This document shows positions 38,467 to 50,529 of a DNA stretch of 64,000 nucleotides, one piece after another. Location of the stretch: assembly GCA_037379345.1 (NCBI GenBank), contig CM074511.1, positions 16,492,001-16,556,000 on the forward strand. Direction: 5' to 3'. Each line of letters opens with the position of its first letter. The first letter of the stretch is position 1. A program made the translations under genes and the position numbers. The DNA is from Perna viridis (lineage: Eukaryota). The notes beneath the pieces were generated by a model, which ran no database searches, was not told the origin of the DNA, and saw only the letters and a list, made by a program, of their open reading frames with translations.

Positions 38467-39869
38467 ATGAAACTTGTGTGCGCTTTTCTTGTCCTCTGCG
38501 TGGTCACAGTAGGTTAATTATCTTTTTAGTTATCCAGAATGATCTATGAAAACCTCATTTTTAGTTTGTTTATAAATTTGTACTTAGATACGTGTAGAGA
38601 TTGATATTCTCATTAGGTTTAACTAAAGTCTTCAAGGAACACCAAAATATCTATAAATCAGCTGTGACATACAAACCCAAATTCGAGCCAAGTTTAATAT
38701 GTTCGATAATATATCTTGAAAAAAAGCCTGCTATTTCCACCTAGACGTGCTACATAATAAAGCTTACGTTAAATTGTCCTTTAATATTTAATCTGTTGAA
38801 AAGTCATTAGAAATGGAAGGCTGATAACAACATCAAGTTGTTGAAAAGATAGATTGTTAACAATGTTTAACCATTCAAAGAAAATCTTAAAATTAACAGG
38901 GAGTCAAGAACATATCTTTTTATGTTAGGTATGTTTAAAATTGTTATCAATATGTATACACCGTAGGTTTGTTTCTTTTTCGTAGGTTCAAAGATACTGA
39001 TATTTTTATATTTGTAAAAACTTCCGTATAAGTTCATAATAGTTAAATGGCATAAAAAGTCTACATGTCCATACTAGCAACTCACATGGACGCGATCATT
39101 AGATAAAACAAACAAGTAAAATTTAACACGAAGCCGTGGGCAAGTGAACCAACCGAAAAATCCTTCACAAGATACTTTGGATTTGAGTATTTTTGTACGA
39201 TTTATTTTTATTTTTTATTTATAAAATTCCTTAGTATTTGGTTTTAATGTCGGTGGTGAACATGTTTACAAGATATTGAGATTCGCAATGTTTATATGAT
39301 AAGTATCACAGATAATTTCAATCTAAATACCTGTCCATAGTCGATATAGAGAGAACATTTTCATATAACCAATTATATATCAGAATCGACAATTTTTTAT
39401 TGTGCTAGAATAATTTTTTTATCATATTTGTCGTCGTACAATTATTTCGCTTCTGACTCTTCCATTATCGTCTGTAAAGTCGATAAAATGCAGAACTTGT
39501 TCTGCATCTTTTATCGTAGCCTCATTAAAATCAAGATGTTGTTTCCTGAAAGTAATACATTGTAATTTCATTCTGTTGTAGAACGTAACTGGCCAAACCC
39601 GAGAATGCACAAAATCTTCGGAATGCTACTCGAATGAGTGCTGTATAGAAAATAGATACCGAAAGCGATTGATCCTCGGAGACCAAAAAGGAATTTGTCG
39701 CCCACTTCGTAAAAGTTTGGAAAGATGTGATCCAATCGATGCAACATCTAGAAGCAATCCAAATTTGCGTGCAATTGAGTGTCCTTGTGAGCCAGGGCTT
39801 ATCTGTCACAGTACTGGTTTCTTTACCGCAGCTCATCGTTCTTTCTGCATTCATGATAATACTAAATAA
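38467..39869 (+). CDS. Secreted prokineticin/astakine (colipase-fold) 10-Cys protein A, 109 aa. Exons 38467-38508, 39582-39869
   Basis: Signal-peptide exon MKLVCAFLVLCVVT|gtaggt and a phase-0 intron. Exon 2 reads NVTGQTRECTKSSECYSNECCIENRYRKRLILGDQKGIC...CDP...ECPCEPGLIC...FC, with spacing C-x5-C-x4-CC...C-x9-C...CPC-x5-C...C. Confidence 0.88.
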
Positions 39870-40444
39870 ATTGTATTTACATGTATATATTCTCTACATT
39901 TCGAAGTTAAGTGAAAATTCAAATTAATGTTAATCGTTACTCCATTACAGAGAACTGTGATGATATCAGTCGGGTTTCATAAAAATTACATGTAAATAAG
40001 GCACTCTAAAATTGTTGTTACTACTGCAAAAATAAGATAGCCTGAATGTTTTGATCGAAGAATTTACTTGTAAAATTAATTATATACCCCTCCAAGTTGT
40101 GATTATTTATGTTAATCGAACAAGGAAACAAACGACACAACCGATTGATTTCTTCTACATTCGTCAGAAAAAAATTACACTTTCATCACCTGTGTTGTAA
40201 TTATGATCTTAGCCAATTATCAACGTCAAAAAACGCTAAGTAGGAAGAAAAATATGTAAGAACACTATTGCTTGATAAAGTTGATTGCATGATTGCATAC
40301 TGAAAAAATCCAGATTTATCAACTAAAATACTCGGTTTTAGCCGTATCGGTGTTGTCTTAATTTCTGCGTTCACGATTTTTTTCTCCATATGTTGTAATT
40401 CTGGTGATCCTGGTGTTGTTTTGTTAAAGGAAGAAAGCATACAT

Positions 40445-40655
40445 GGTAGAAAAAAAATCAGAACCTATTTCAAAATTCAAACGTGAACTAAAACAAAATG
40501 GATCATTAAATAATATTCATGTCCTATTACACTTCTCGTGTGGGTCTAGAAGATTAAACATTTTGCTAACGCAGCTGTGATGATCGGCTTCATTCCTGAA
40601 TTGCGACCTTTTTCTCGTCAACATCATTAACAATTGTGGTTGTCAATGTGGACAG
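40445..40655 (+). mobile_element. CR1-like LINE 3' fragment
   Basis: Translates GSRRLNILLTQL..SASFLNCDLFLVNIINNCGCQCG, typical of a CR1-group ORF2 C-terminus. Contains stops. Confidence 0.55.
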
Positions 40656-41473
40656 TTATCTACAAGGTATGTTATACTTTAGTAGATGCAAAATGTGCCG
40701 AGTTTGTTATATATTGAGTTAAAAGCCGTGGAGGTTCGATATTTGGTCTTAGAAATCTTGTATTTAATGTTCTTACTCGTTATTGTATTAATTGGGTAGT
40801 CAAATTTAAACGATATAATGCCACTGTAAAGAAAACAACATTTGTACGTGTAATATTAATATAAAAATAAAACATGTCAATAAAAATGAATAAACAATAT
40901 TAAAATAGTAAACTCTTATTATAATTAACCTGAGCAATAGCAAAGTCTTTAAATTGAATCAAATATATTAGCCATGACTAAATCTATAAAAAAAATTCAT
41001 CATTAAACATTTCCAACCATTCTAGCTATCTGGTTGGTCAGTAATATGATTGAAGACGTTTCTTATTAGGTAGGTTATTACTCATGGCAAGGAGATTTCG
41101 TCATTGGAATTAAAATGCAGGTAAATTCTTATAGGATACCATTTATACATAAGCTGAAGAATAAGGGCGCCCACAATATCAGTATTGCATTTCATTGTCA
41201 TCACACTGTGTAACGAATTAAAAAAACTAATCTTAACAAATAAAATTTTCATTGAGTAACAATTCATTCGCTAACTGTTCTCTCTATGTTCCATATCAGA
41301 GCAAGGGAATGATTAATTCTAAAGGTATATACACCCAAAAGGTACGTCAACGCTTTTCATGTTGAAAAAAAGTAAACAATTTTTTATCCAAGTTTATATT
41401 TAAAATGTTATGTTTATTATCAAACGTTGATTTTCAACGTGCACTTGTTCAAATTAACCTACATGTTTTATAT

Positions 41474-41480
41474 TATAAAG
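41474..41480 (+). promoter_or_regulatory. Candidate TATA box of Cys-rich peptide gene B
   Basis: TATAAAG about 114 bp upstream of ATG 41588. CTTATCTTG (GATA-like) precedes the ATG in both paralogs. Confidence 0.35.
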
Positions 41481-41587
41481 GTCACATGTGATTTTGTTGA
41501 TCTTATGAAAAGGTTTGTAACTAGACCAATACTTTGACGTAATAAACACTCGCCTTATCTTGTCTTGATATATCGGTACATGAAACC

Positions 41588-44500
41588 ATGAAGCTACTTG
41601 TATCTGGTTTGATCGCTTTTTGTTTTATTACAGTAAGTCAGTTAAATATGGTGTTAAATTACACATATATATATATAGGTTACAGTTCTTAACAATTCTG
41701 CTTTGAGCATGTATTTTATTGATCGATATTGTTAGTCAACAAAAGAGGTCTGGCTGAAGGCTGTTATTATTCATCTTGGTACATACCCGATCAATGCGGG
41801 ATGTGGGTTCTACGGAGCCCCAAATGTACTGGGGTGCGATACTGTAAAAGTCAATTTTGGTCATAGTAGATATCGTAATATAAAAAAATCGTCTAAACAA
41901 TTTGTCATTTTAACTAAAATGCCTTACATCTGTACTGTAAGCCTAAATAAATGTTCATTCCGACCTCATATATGTGATGTACCATAATTTGACCATTTAT
42001 TGAACATACTACGCCATTCAAAGAAAAAACCCCGATTTTTTCAAGAGTTTACCATAAAAAGTGGAATACTAAACAACTAAGTCAATGAAAAGTTTAAAAT
42101 CTTTCAGATTTATCATTAATTATTTTCCCATTGAAACATAAATAGCAACAATTCCAAATATAAATTGAAAAACACGAAACAGTCTTTAGATCCGGTGTTG
42201 TCATATTTATCATATTTAAACATTCGAGCATTAGCGTATAGCTGTGGGTGTAACGCGAGAGTTAACATATGGTTATGTGCCAGTTGAGATGTGTTTTCAT
42301 ACAATTAATCGTTTTTCACAAATTACGAAATTCAAAAGTTTAAAAATATTTTATTTTAGTAAAGAGGGTACAGTTTTCTTTTAAATGTCTAAAACATTGT
42401 AATATTGTGTAATACATTCTAACCTATGGTCATTTAAATGCAAAGATACAAATATGATGTTGGGTATTTCCTTCACCAATCGGCCCGGTCGGTGGGGGGA
42501 CATAAAATTTCACATCTTTTAACAACCATTTCTTGAGGTCTTGTTCATATTTATGTCTCTGATGACACAACATTGCACGATCGTCGAGCACTCTGACACA
42601 GCATAGTACGATCGTCTTGCATTCTGAGCAAATTTCGGAAAGTTCGACGAAAGTGTTTCATTCCTAGTGTTTGCAAATAGCATCTATCATCAATTTAAAC
42701 GCTGAATTGGGAAAAGGCGACGTTCTGTTAATCTACTAAATTTTCTACGACCGCAACGCTCAAACCTGTCCTGTTTTTTTTCTCTTGTATTGTTTTAAGT
42801 TTCCTTTATTCATTTTGTTGAATTTTCTTGTTTTTTTCTTGTATCATTACACAATAAAAACCATCATAACATCAAAACCTAAGAATTTCCAAAAATTAAA
42901 TAAAAAGTTAATTAATACCACTTGGGTGGTATCTACTACAAATAGTTAATGTTACGTAAAACGTATGTTAACTTTGCCATTGTTCCAGATAAACTATCGC
43001 AGTAGAGTAAACTTTACCTAACTCAACCATGATTGCAGTTACACTATTCAACGTTAACACAGCTCACATCAAATATAGTGCATTGGAAAATGAAAATACC
43101 TTTAAAATTTATTATATCTTTTTGAAAACTGATTTTATTTTCTTTTTTTGCTTTTTGATAACATCGAATGGAACAAGGCACAACTGTATTAATAACATTT
43201 TTTTAAATACTCGTTTGAAGGAAATACAATGAATATTGAATTATTATTTTCTTTCAATTTCATATGATAGTTCTAACGCGTCATGAATACTCATTGTGAT
43301 GTCTTTATGTTTATTTTGTTGAATAATATTAAGTTAAGTTTTAAAAGAACGTTTTCTGTTACCTTAACATTTTCTGGATGTATAGTACAAAAAGATGTTG
43401 TACGCTCAAAACAATTATATTGCGCACAAAGATTAGACATTGCGCACTCAAAATAATTGTGTGCTCAATATAAAATATCGAATACACACACTGATTCAGC
43501 ATCTATTGCTTAGAAAACGTTTTATATCTTCTTTATAAAATCAATTTCTAAAACACACCTTCCATAAATCAAATACATAAAACTAACATCGAGTTGATAC
43601 CACGGTGGTTCCCCAGAGATCTTGAAAATGGTTAGTTTAAACATATCTATTAAGTAATTTGTATATTTTAAAACCATTGGCAAGCCAAAACAGTGGAATG
43701 AAACGGTCAATAGAAAATTAATTACAAGATTCAGAAACAACAGAAACAATTACAGAATTAAGAAACAACTTAATTACAGGATTCAGAAACAACAAAGTCA
43801 GAAACAGAAATATCATTGATATGTAGCATAGCTCAAGGAAGTAGTACTCTAGTGCTCATAACCTGCATTTGGTGAGTTTGGTGCAAAGTGAAGAGGTTGA
43901 CATTTAATGCTTTATGCATTTACTCACGTCATAAGGATTTTTCAAAATTATTCAAAAGAAGTAACTGTGTAATTTAGGTTGTCAATTTGATGCGTTTGTT
44001 CTGTATCAAAAAGTTTTGAACCTTGGTAAACATTTCAACGCTATACTCACCAGACATGTCATCTGATCCAAATATGAGAAGATTTGAAGTCAGTTGATCA
44101 GGAAGTTGAAGTGCTCAGCACTGCTGAGATATGTGTCTCCTAAGCAATTGGTATAATGGACAAAAGAGTAGGAAGTGACTAGCAGATTCCATTTCGCCAC
44201 ATTGGCATAATGGGGATGGGATTTTTATTTAGCTCGCTACACTGAAGACGAAATTCGACATGTAGGATTTGACCTCTGCGTGATCCGCAATAGTTATATA
44301 TTGGTTTTTTGACTACCTCATTTTCGAGATGAGTTTTGAAGATTTTTACAAATGGCGAGGTCTTAATATCATTTGGTAATGTCTTACATATAATCGAGTA
44401 GAGGAAGGTAGAAAATAATTAGAATATTGGTATGTTCTACAATAAATTAATTGGATTAGGTCAGAATTACTAGTTGGGTAGTTATGGAATTGGTTTACTC

Positions 44501-47064
44501 TATTAGGAATCAGATTTTGAAGATAAGGCGGTGTCATAATGTTCAAAATCTTGTACATAAGTGTTAATTTGTGAATTTCTTACCGAACACATAATTTCTG
44601 CCATCCAGTTTCTATATTTTGAGTTTTAGAATAGCAGTGTTTGTATCCCATATTACATCGGCATATTCAAGAATCGGTCTAATAAAAGTTATGTAAAGTT
44701 TTTCAAGGGTTTGTCTATCCAAAATTACTTTAAATTTTCGTAATATATTTAAACGATTGTATGCTTTGGTTGTAACCATATCAATATGACTATTCCATCC
44801 AACATCATCAGATGTTGTAAGTATAATGTCATCTTGTTTCGACCTTTGTAGTGAAACAAACATTTAGTATAATATAAGCTGAGACATTGGTTGTAGGATA
44901 ATTCCGTCTCAGTATGATTCGAATCTGCTTAACGACTTTTGTTGTATTCTAAGTAAAAGTATTAGCATATACAAATGCCAGTACCGAAGATGAAATAAAG
45001 AACTTAAAAAAATAACCTACGTTTTATTGAGCTATTAATTAAAGGTGAGATTTCAAACTGATATGGGTAGAATAACTATAGGTATTTAGTTTTGTATAAC
45101 TCTTTAAAAGTTTCAGCTTTCCAACAATAAAAACTTGCACACCAATTAATATCATTTCTATTTTTTGTAGTGCAGGATTTTTTCAGTATGACTGTATGTT
45201 TGTATTGTAGGTCCTATTAGCGTTTGACCATTAAATTGATTAAAATCATATGCATGCATTAAAAAATTGAAGGATTTGAGAATATACACAACTTATACTA
45301 GATGGTTCATGAAACCCAGTTTGCAATATATTTGGCTTTCAAAATTTAATTACTCGTGCAGGTCCGGGTGTTAAAAGAATAGGCCTGCAGCAGCGCTAAG
45401 CTTGTCGTAAAAGGCGACTAAATAGTGCTCAGAACTCTAGGCAGGGGCTAGGGCGCTCTGCCCACAGAGCAACTGGGATGTGTGCCCCAGGTGGTGGAAT
45501 GGGGTACCCCTGGCGTGTTACATTCTGGGGTTGTCAGGCTATAATACGGAAAACCTGACCGCAAACCATAGCGGTGCACCGTGTTGGGAAAGATGGCACG
45601 TTCCTCGCACGTTAAAGAACCCTACTTTGGTATTCTCCCGGAGTAGGAACCATAGGGCTCCGCCATAGGAGGCTAAATTGCCCGACCCTACCCACCTCTC
45701 CCTATTTCCAGTGGCAATCAAAATTTGTCGACCCCATTGTCATTGTGTCCCATCCCTTTTTCATTTCATCATCATTTCGTGTTCATTTTATCATCAATTT
45801 CATGTTCAAATTCTTTATTACATAACGCAATGGTGCGCCTTCGTTTTGTGTTTCCATCTTGCATCAAAGGGTAAACAACTAAAATATTCCCGAGTGAATT
45901 CATTAAGAAACACAAAGTCTATTACCAATACCTCTTTATGATGAATGTGCCAGTGATAATATATAATCAATACTGCTTAGCTTCAATTTGAAACTAAGTA
46001 AAATTTCACCTGATTCAATTGATTAATTAGAGTATTTGGTAATAAAATAGATGAAAAATAAGCATTTGACACAAAAGTCACATTACAAAACAAAATGACA
46101 TTCAGATTCACTTCTCACACACATTATAAGAAAAAAAAATCAAGTTGTCGATTTAGTAGGGTCCGTAAATTTCAGTTTTTAACTAAAAAAATAGTTTTAT
46201 ACTCAGTGACAGTGAAACAATTGGTCTTTATTGAACTAAGTTCCTTGAATAAAACTTCAAATGTTATAAATTGTCGGTTTTAAGCCTTAAGTAATAGCCA
46301 CAGCATGGTTGATTGACAAGTACATCGCATTAGTCCTGAAAAACTTGTATTTTATTTACGTATAACAACTAAAGGAGAAACCATCCAATATAAAAAGGAT
46401 AGGACTATTTTCAGATTTTGTTAAAGCAAGGCAAAGGCGAACAAAATCTATAAAAAAAATGCTTTTAGTTGAAAAAAATACGTTAAATCCTTGAGTTTGA
46501 AAGACAGATAACTTGACACCCCCAATCGAACGATTGCTTCCTTCCTGAATAACAAAAAAAAACATTGCGTACGTCGACGGCTAGTGGCTGTTAAGTATAC
46601 GCATTGCCTAATTCACGAAACCATGCTATATATAGAATATCTCTAGCGATACTTGCTTGTATATCTGACTGTTACTTACAGTTTGTCTAGATGTGTCTGC
46701 TTAAAGTCCCTGTCAATAGCACATTTAGAATGGTCGAAGAAACTGCATGAATCTTTAAAAAATACTCATTTTGTTGCAGATTTCGTGCCAAACGAGAGAG
46801 TGTACGAAGACTTCCGAATGCAGCCCAAATGAATGCTGCATGGAAAATTCAAATAGAAAGCGACTGATTTTCGGAGACGTAAAGGGACAATGTCGTGCTC
46901 TCCGAAAAGACGGTGAAAAATGTGATCCATTCGGAGCAACATCCCGAAGCAATCCCAACTTGCGTGTGATAGAGTGTCCTTGCGAGGAAGGTTTTACCTG
47001 TCACAGTGCCGGTGCTATCACAACCGCTCACAATTCATTTTGTGTCAATGGCACTAGTAAATAA
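41588..47064 (+). CDS. Secreted prokineticin/astakine (colipase-fold) 10-Cys protein B, 109 aa. Exons 41588-41632, 46780-47064
   Basis: Signal exon MKLLVSGLIAFCFIT|gtaagt, homologous in length and phase to gene A. Acceptor ttgcag|ATT. Exon 2 reads ISCQTRECTKTSECSPNECCMENSNRKRLIFGDVKGQC...CPC...FC and is clearly paralogous to A. Confidence 0.85.
43890..44863 (-). mobile_element. CR1-like LINE, decayed ORF2 3' part, in the intron of gene B
   Basis: WNSHID...KAYNRLNILRKFK..LDRQTLEKLYITFIRPILEYADVIWD, YKILN.MTPPYLQNL and CQCGEMESASHFLLFCPLY. Confidence 0.8.
45353..45810 (+). mobile_element. 3'-truncated copy of the SINE-like family
   Basis: High similarity to 10993-11447. Tail absent. Confidence 0.85.
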
Positions 47065-47288
47065 AGTGGTATTAATTTAATTATAGTATATATTACAATT
47101 TGCACATTCAAGCACAGTTTGCAAAGCTATTGTTGCAGATCGGATCTCGAACGTTGTGTTAATAGTGTAGAATATTTCATTAAAAATTTCTATCGATGTG
47201 TATTGATATCGATTGATCTCTAACTAATGCAAAAATGAAAAAAAACTTCGTCCTTTTATATTCATTATCAACAATATAGCACTTTTGC

Positions 47289-48803
47289 TATGGCAAGCCA
47301 AAGTGTACAAAATTCAATATTTTGTAATATTAGAAAATAGGTTTTTAATATTATAAAATATTTTTTAATATTAGAAATTCATTTTGTAGTATTACAAATT
47401 CAGTTTCTAATATTATAAACGCCCGATTTAGTAATATTACAAAATATCACACATTTAGTAATATTACAAATTGAATTTGTAATATTAGAAAACGAATTTG
47501 CGATATTAGAAAATGAATTTGTAATATTAAAAAATCGTAATTGAATACGACAAATCCATTTTCTAATAATAACATTTTTTTTATATTAAAAAACATACCT
47601 TTGTACTATATACACTGTGAAGTCAGCCTCATATCTTGACCTACACTTAGAAATCGATGGTTTAGGAAAACTATTGACCACACTTTACGACAAACGTGAT
47701 GACTTTTCATTCAAAATTATCAACTTTCCTTTCATCTGTGGCAACATCCCTTCGGCTCCTGCGTATGGAGTGTTCATATCACAACTCATACGTTATGCCA
47801 GAGCTTGCCGAAACTACGCAGACTTTTTGTATCGCGCTAGAATTCTAACAAATATGCTTCTGGAGCAGGGTTATGTTGCTACAAGATTGAAGTCATCATG
47901 AACTCGTGGATCGTGTGTCCATCTGCGCCATGAAAACTAATTTGTTCAACGTGTCATAGTTTTCCTTTCCTCTTTCTTCTACCCCGGACTTGACTTTTTA
48001 TGAGCAACTCCGTTTCTAGAAAAACAGAGGACGCTTATCCTACCGGTGCACCTGGTTCATGCTCCCAGTTTTTAGTGGAGTCCGATTTGCTCATTTGCTT
48101 TTGTTACTTCGTATGTATGATTTTAGTTACTTTAAGTTCTTTGTTGTGTATGTCTGTTTTCCATGTCTGGTCTTTGTAACTGGATTACATTCTTTTGATT
48201 ACCGCTATAACCTTGGTTCTCTTGATTACTATTTGTGGTACTACAAAATATTTTTTTTAGTATCAGAAAGTATTTTTTAATATTAGAAATTCATTTTGTA
48301 ATATTAAAAATTCATTTTATAATATTACAAATTCATTTTATAATACTACAAATTTATTTTCTAATATTACAAATTCCTGATTTTGTAATATTACAAAATA
48401 TCACACATTTAATAATATTACAAATTGCTTTGACTATTGGGAAATGAATTTGTTATATTATAAAATGAATTTGTAATATTAGAAAATGAATTCGTAATGT
48501 TTGAAAATTAATTTCTAATATTAAAAAATCACTTTGCAATATTGCAAAGTCAGTCACATTTTTTGATATTACAAATAAAATTTTCTGATATTCAAAAATG
48601 TTAATTGAATACAACTTATCCATTTTCTAATATTAGAAATTCAATAATTTTTTTAATACAAAAAAAAAAGATTTTTAATATTAAAAAAGGGTTTTGTAAC
48701 ATTATAAATCAAATTTGTTATATTACAAAATGAATTCGTAATATTAAAAAATCCTTTTTTAATATTAGAAAACACCCATTTCTGGCCACTTCGGCTTGCC
48801 ATA
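47289..48803. mobile_element. Non-autonomous TIR (foldback-like) element with internal AT-rich arrays of about 21-bp units and a 7-bp TSD
   Basis: TIR TATGGCAAGCC(A/G)AAGTG (16/17). CTTTTGC at 47282-47288 and 48804-48810. Repeated TAATATTA(C/G)AAA cores in both orientations. Confidence 0.85.
47616..48232 (+). mobile_element. 5'-truncated Penelope-like element nested in the TIR element
   Basis: 94-aa ORF KSASYLDL...LYDKRDDF.F.I.NFPF.CGNIPSAPAYGVFISQLIRYARAC, followed by the family 3' UTR. Confidence 0.88.
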
Positions 48804-49414
48804 CTTTTGCAGTACAGTCAGATCACAATTGGTGTGTCAAGCGTTGCTAATAGAGTAGCTAGTATCCTGCTAGACTGTCCACTTTACTGCTTGATTACCT
48901 ATTAATATGACTTTAGGCTATGCCTTTGATAGACAGGGCTCATTCTTTGTTTACGGTGCACCGCCATATTGCTAAGGGCGAGACTCATTCGGTGAGGAGA
49001 ATTTGTGAGAACTTCTTCTTTGAAAGTTTAAAACATTTCTACACAGCCAAAAATTTTCAAATTTTTATTAGGTAAAATAAATAGATGTAAAATCGGATCC
49101 ATCGACGTCATGATTAAAAGACAAAACAGCGCCTCCGCACTTGCGCAATCGTCTACTTCTGTGTCGACATATTTTGTCACTTCCGTCAGACTGTTTTTAG
49201 CCATTCATAGTTTTGGTCTTACATAATACATATAAAGGACGGAGCGTCATTTTGTTGTGTCGTTTGTTGTTATCATATAATAAGTAATAGATTTTCCGAA
49301 AAGCTAGCCGTCTTTTAGCTTTAATCGTAGTTTAAGATACTTTAAAATATATTGACTTTTACGATATTGAGACAAGATTTCTGTTGGTTACATACTTTCT
49401 ATGTAATTGAAGAT

Positions 49415-50384
49415 TGTAAAGAAGTAAGTTCTTTGGATTGTCAAGTGGCCAATGTCATATAAAACAAAAAAAATGTAAAACATAAATTTAATAAACAAAA
49501 CAAACTAAAGTAAATTCAAGATAAATGACATCATGAAATGAATAAACATAAACGTAACTAAATATACACGCACAAGACAGAACTAAATATAATGGAATGA
49601 AATAAACACATAAACTAAATGATTCGCAGTCTCAACACACCACCATTTTTTCTGCACACCTCCCGGTAAGGTCGAACGTTGCATGTACTGTAAAATTAAC
49701 GAATGAAATGGGTTGTTTCCCTTGGACTTTTGTTATAATTATAACTGGACGAAATATAGACTAATTTCACACATTTTTTGTAGATTTCTATATTGACGAA
49801 GAGAACACCAGATGATATATATTTCACTATAATGCTGTATTCAGTAAGCCATGACTGGTTAAACGAACATATCTAGCACGGACTTCTCGGTTACTTTACA
49901 AATTAATATAACGGACTTCGTGCTCCAAAAATAATAAATTCCTAGCTTTCCAACGGTTTTTTTTTTTTTTAATCACCGACATTACTTCACCGACTCTAGG
50001 CGTTATTACACCATCTCGGGAACATCAGGTTGATAACCATTTTATCACCGACAGGTCGACGCTTTTAGCTATGTGCAAGACGCACACCAAAACCGGGTCT
50101 AAAAACCCCTGAGTATTGTAAACATTAGCCTAGGGATATCCATGTCCTGAATTGACAATTATAATTCCCCACTGCTACTTTACCAAACTCAATGCTTCAC
50201 TCAATGACCATGTGCCGACTGATATAAAACTCACCTGTTAAATTTCTATACGTGTACAATATCGTGATTTCACAAAAGGTCTACTTGATTCGATTTACCG
50301 GTGTTAGTGGTATTTAAAGCTAGGATAGTTTAAATAGTCCTGTATGGAAAAAATGTAAACGACAATTAACTGAAGTTTGTTACA
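49415..50384 (-). repeat. 3' LTR (970 bp)
   Basis: Direct repeat of 55010-55975. Preceded on the minus strand by the PPT AGGAAAGGGA (about 50389-50398). Confidence 0.97.
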
Positions 50385-50529
50385 AATGTCCCTTTCCTAA
50401 AGACTAAAGAACGTTTAGTCCAACCAAAACACAAACTTCAGAAAAATTCTGTAAGAAATATATATAAAATCACAATACAAAATGTACATGAATATCATAA
50501 TAAAAAATTCTGTAACACTCAGGGGTTGT

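Noticed and set aside
39531-39854. 107-aa minus-strand ORF (and 46755-47031)
   Set aside because: Antisense to the Cys-rich peptide exons, with no independent support.
48235-48447. Repetitive ORF (ILQIHF)n
   Set aside because: Translation of the 21-bp internal satellite of the TIR element.
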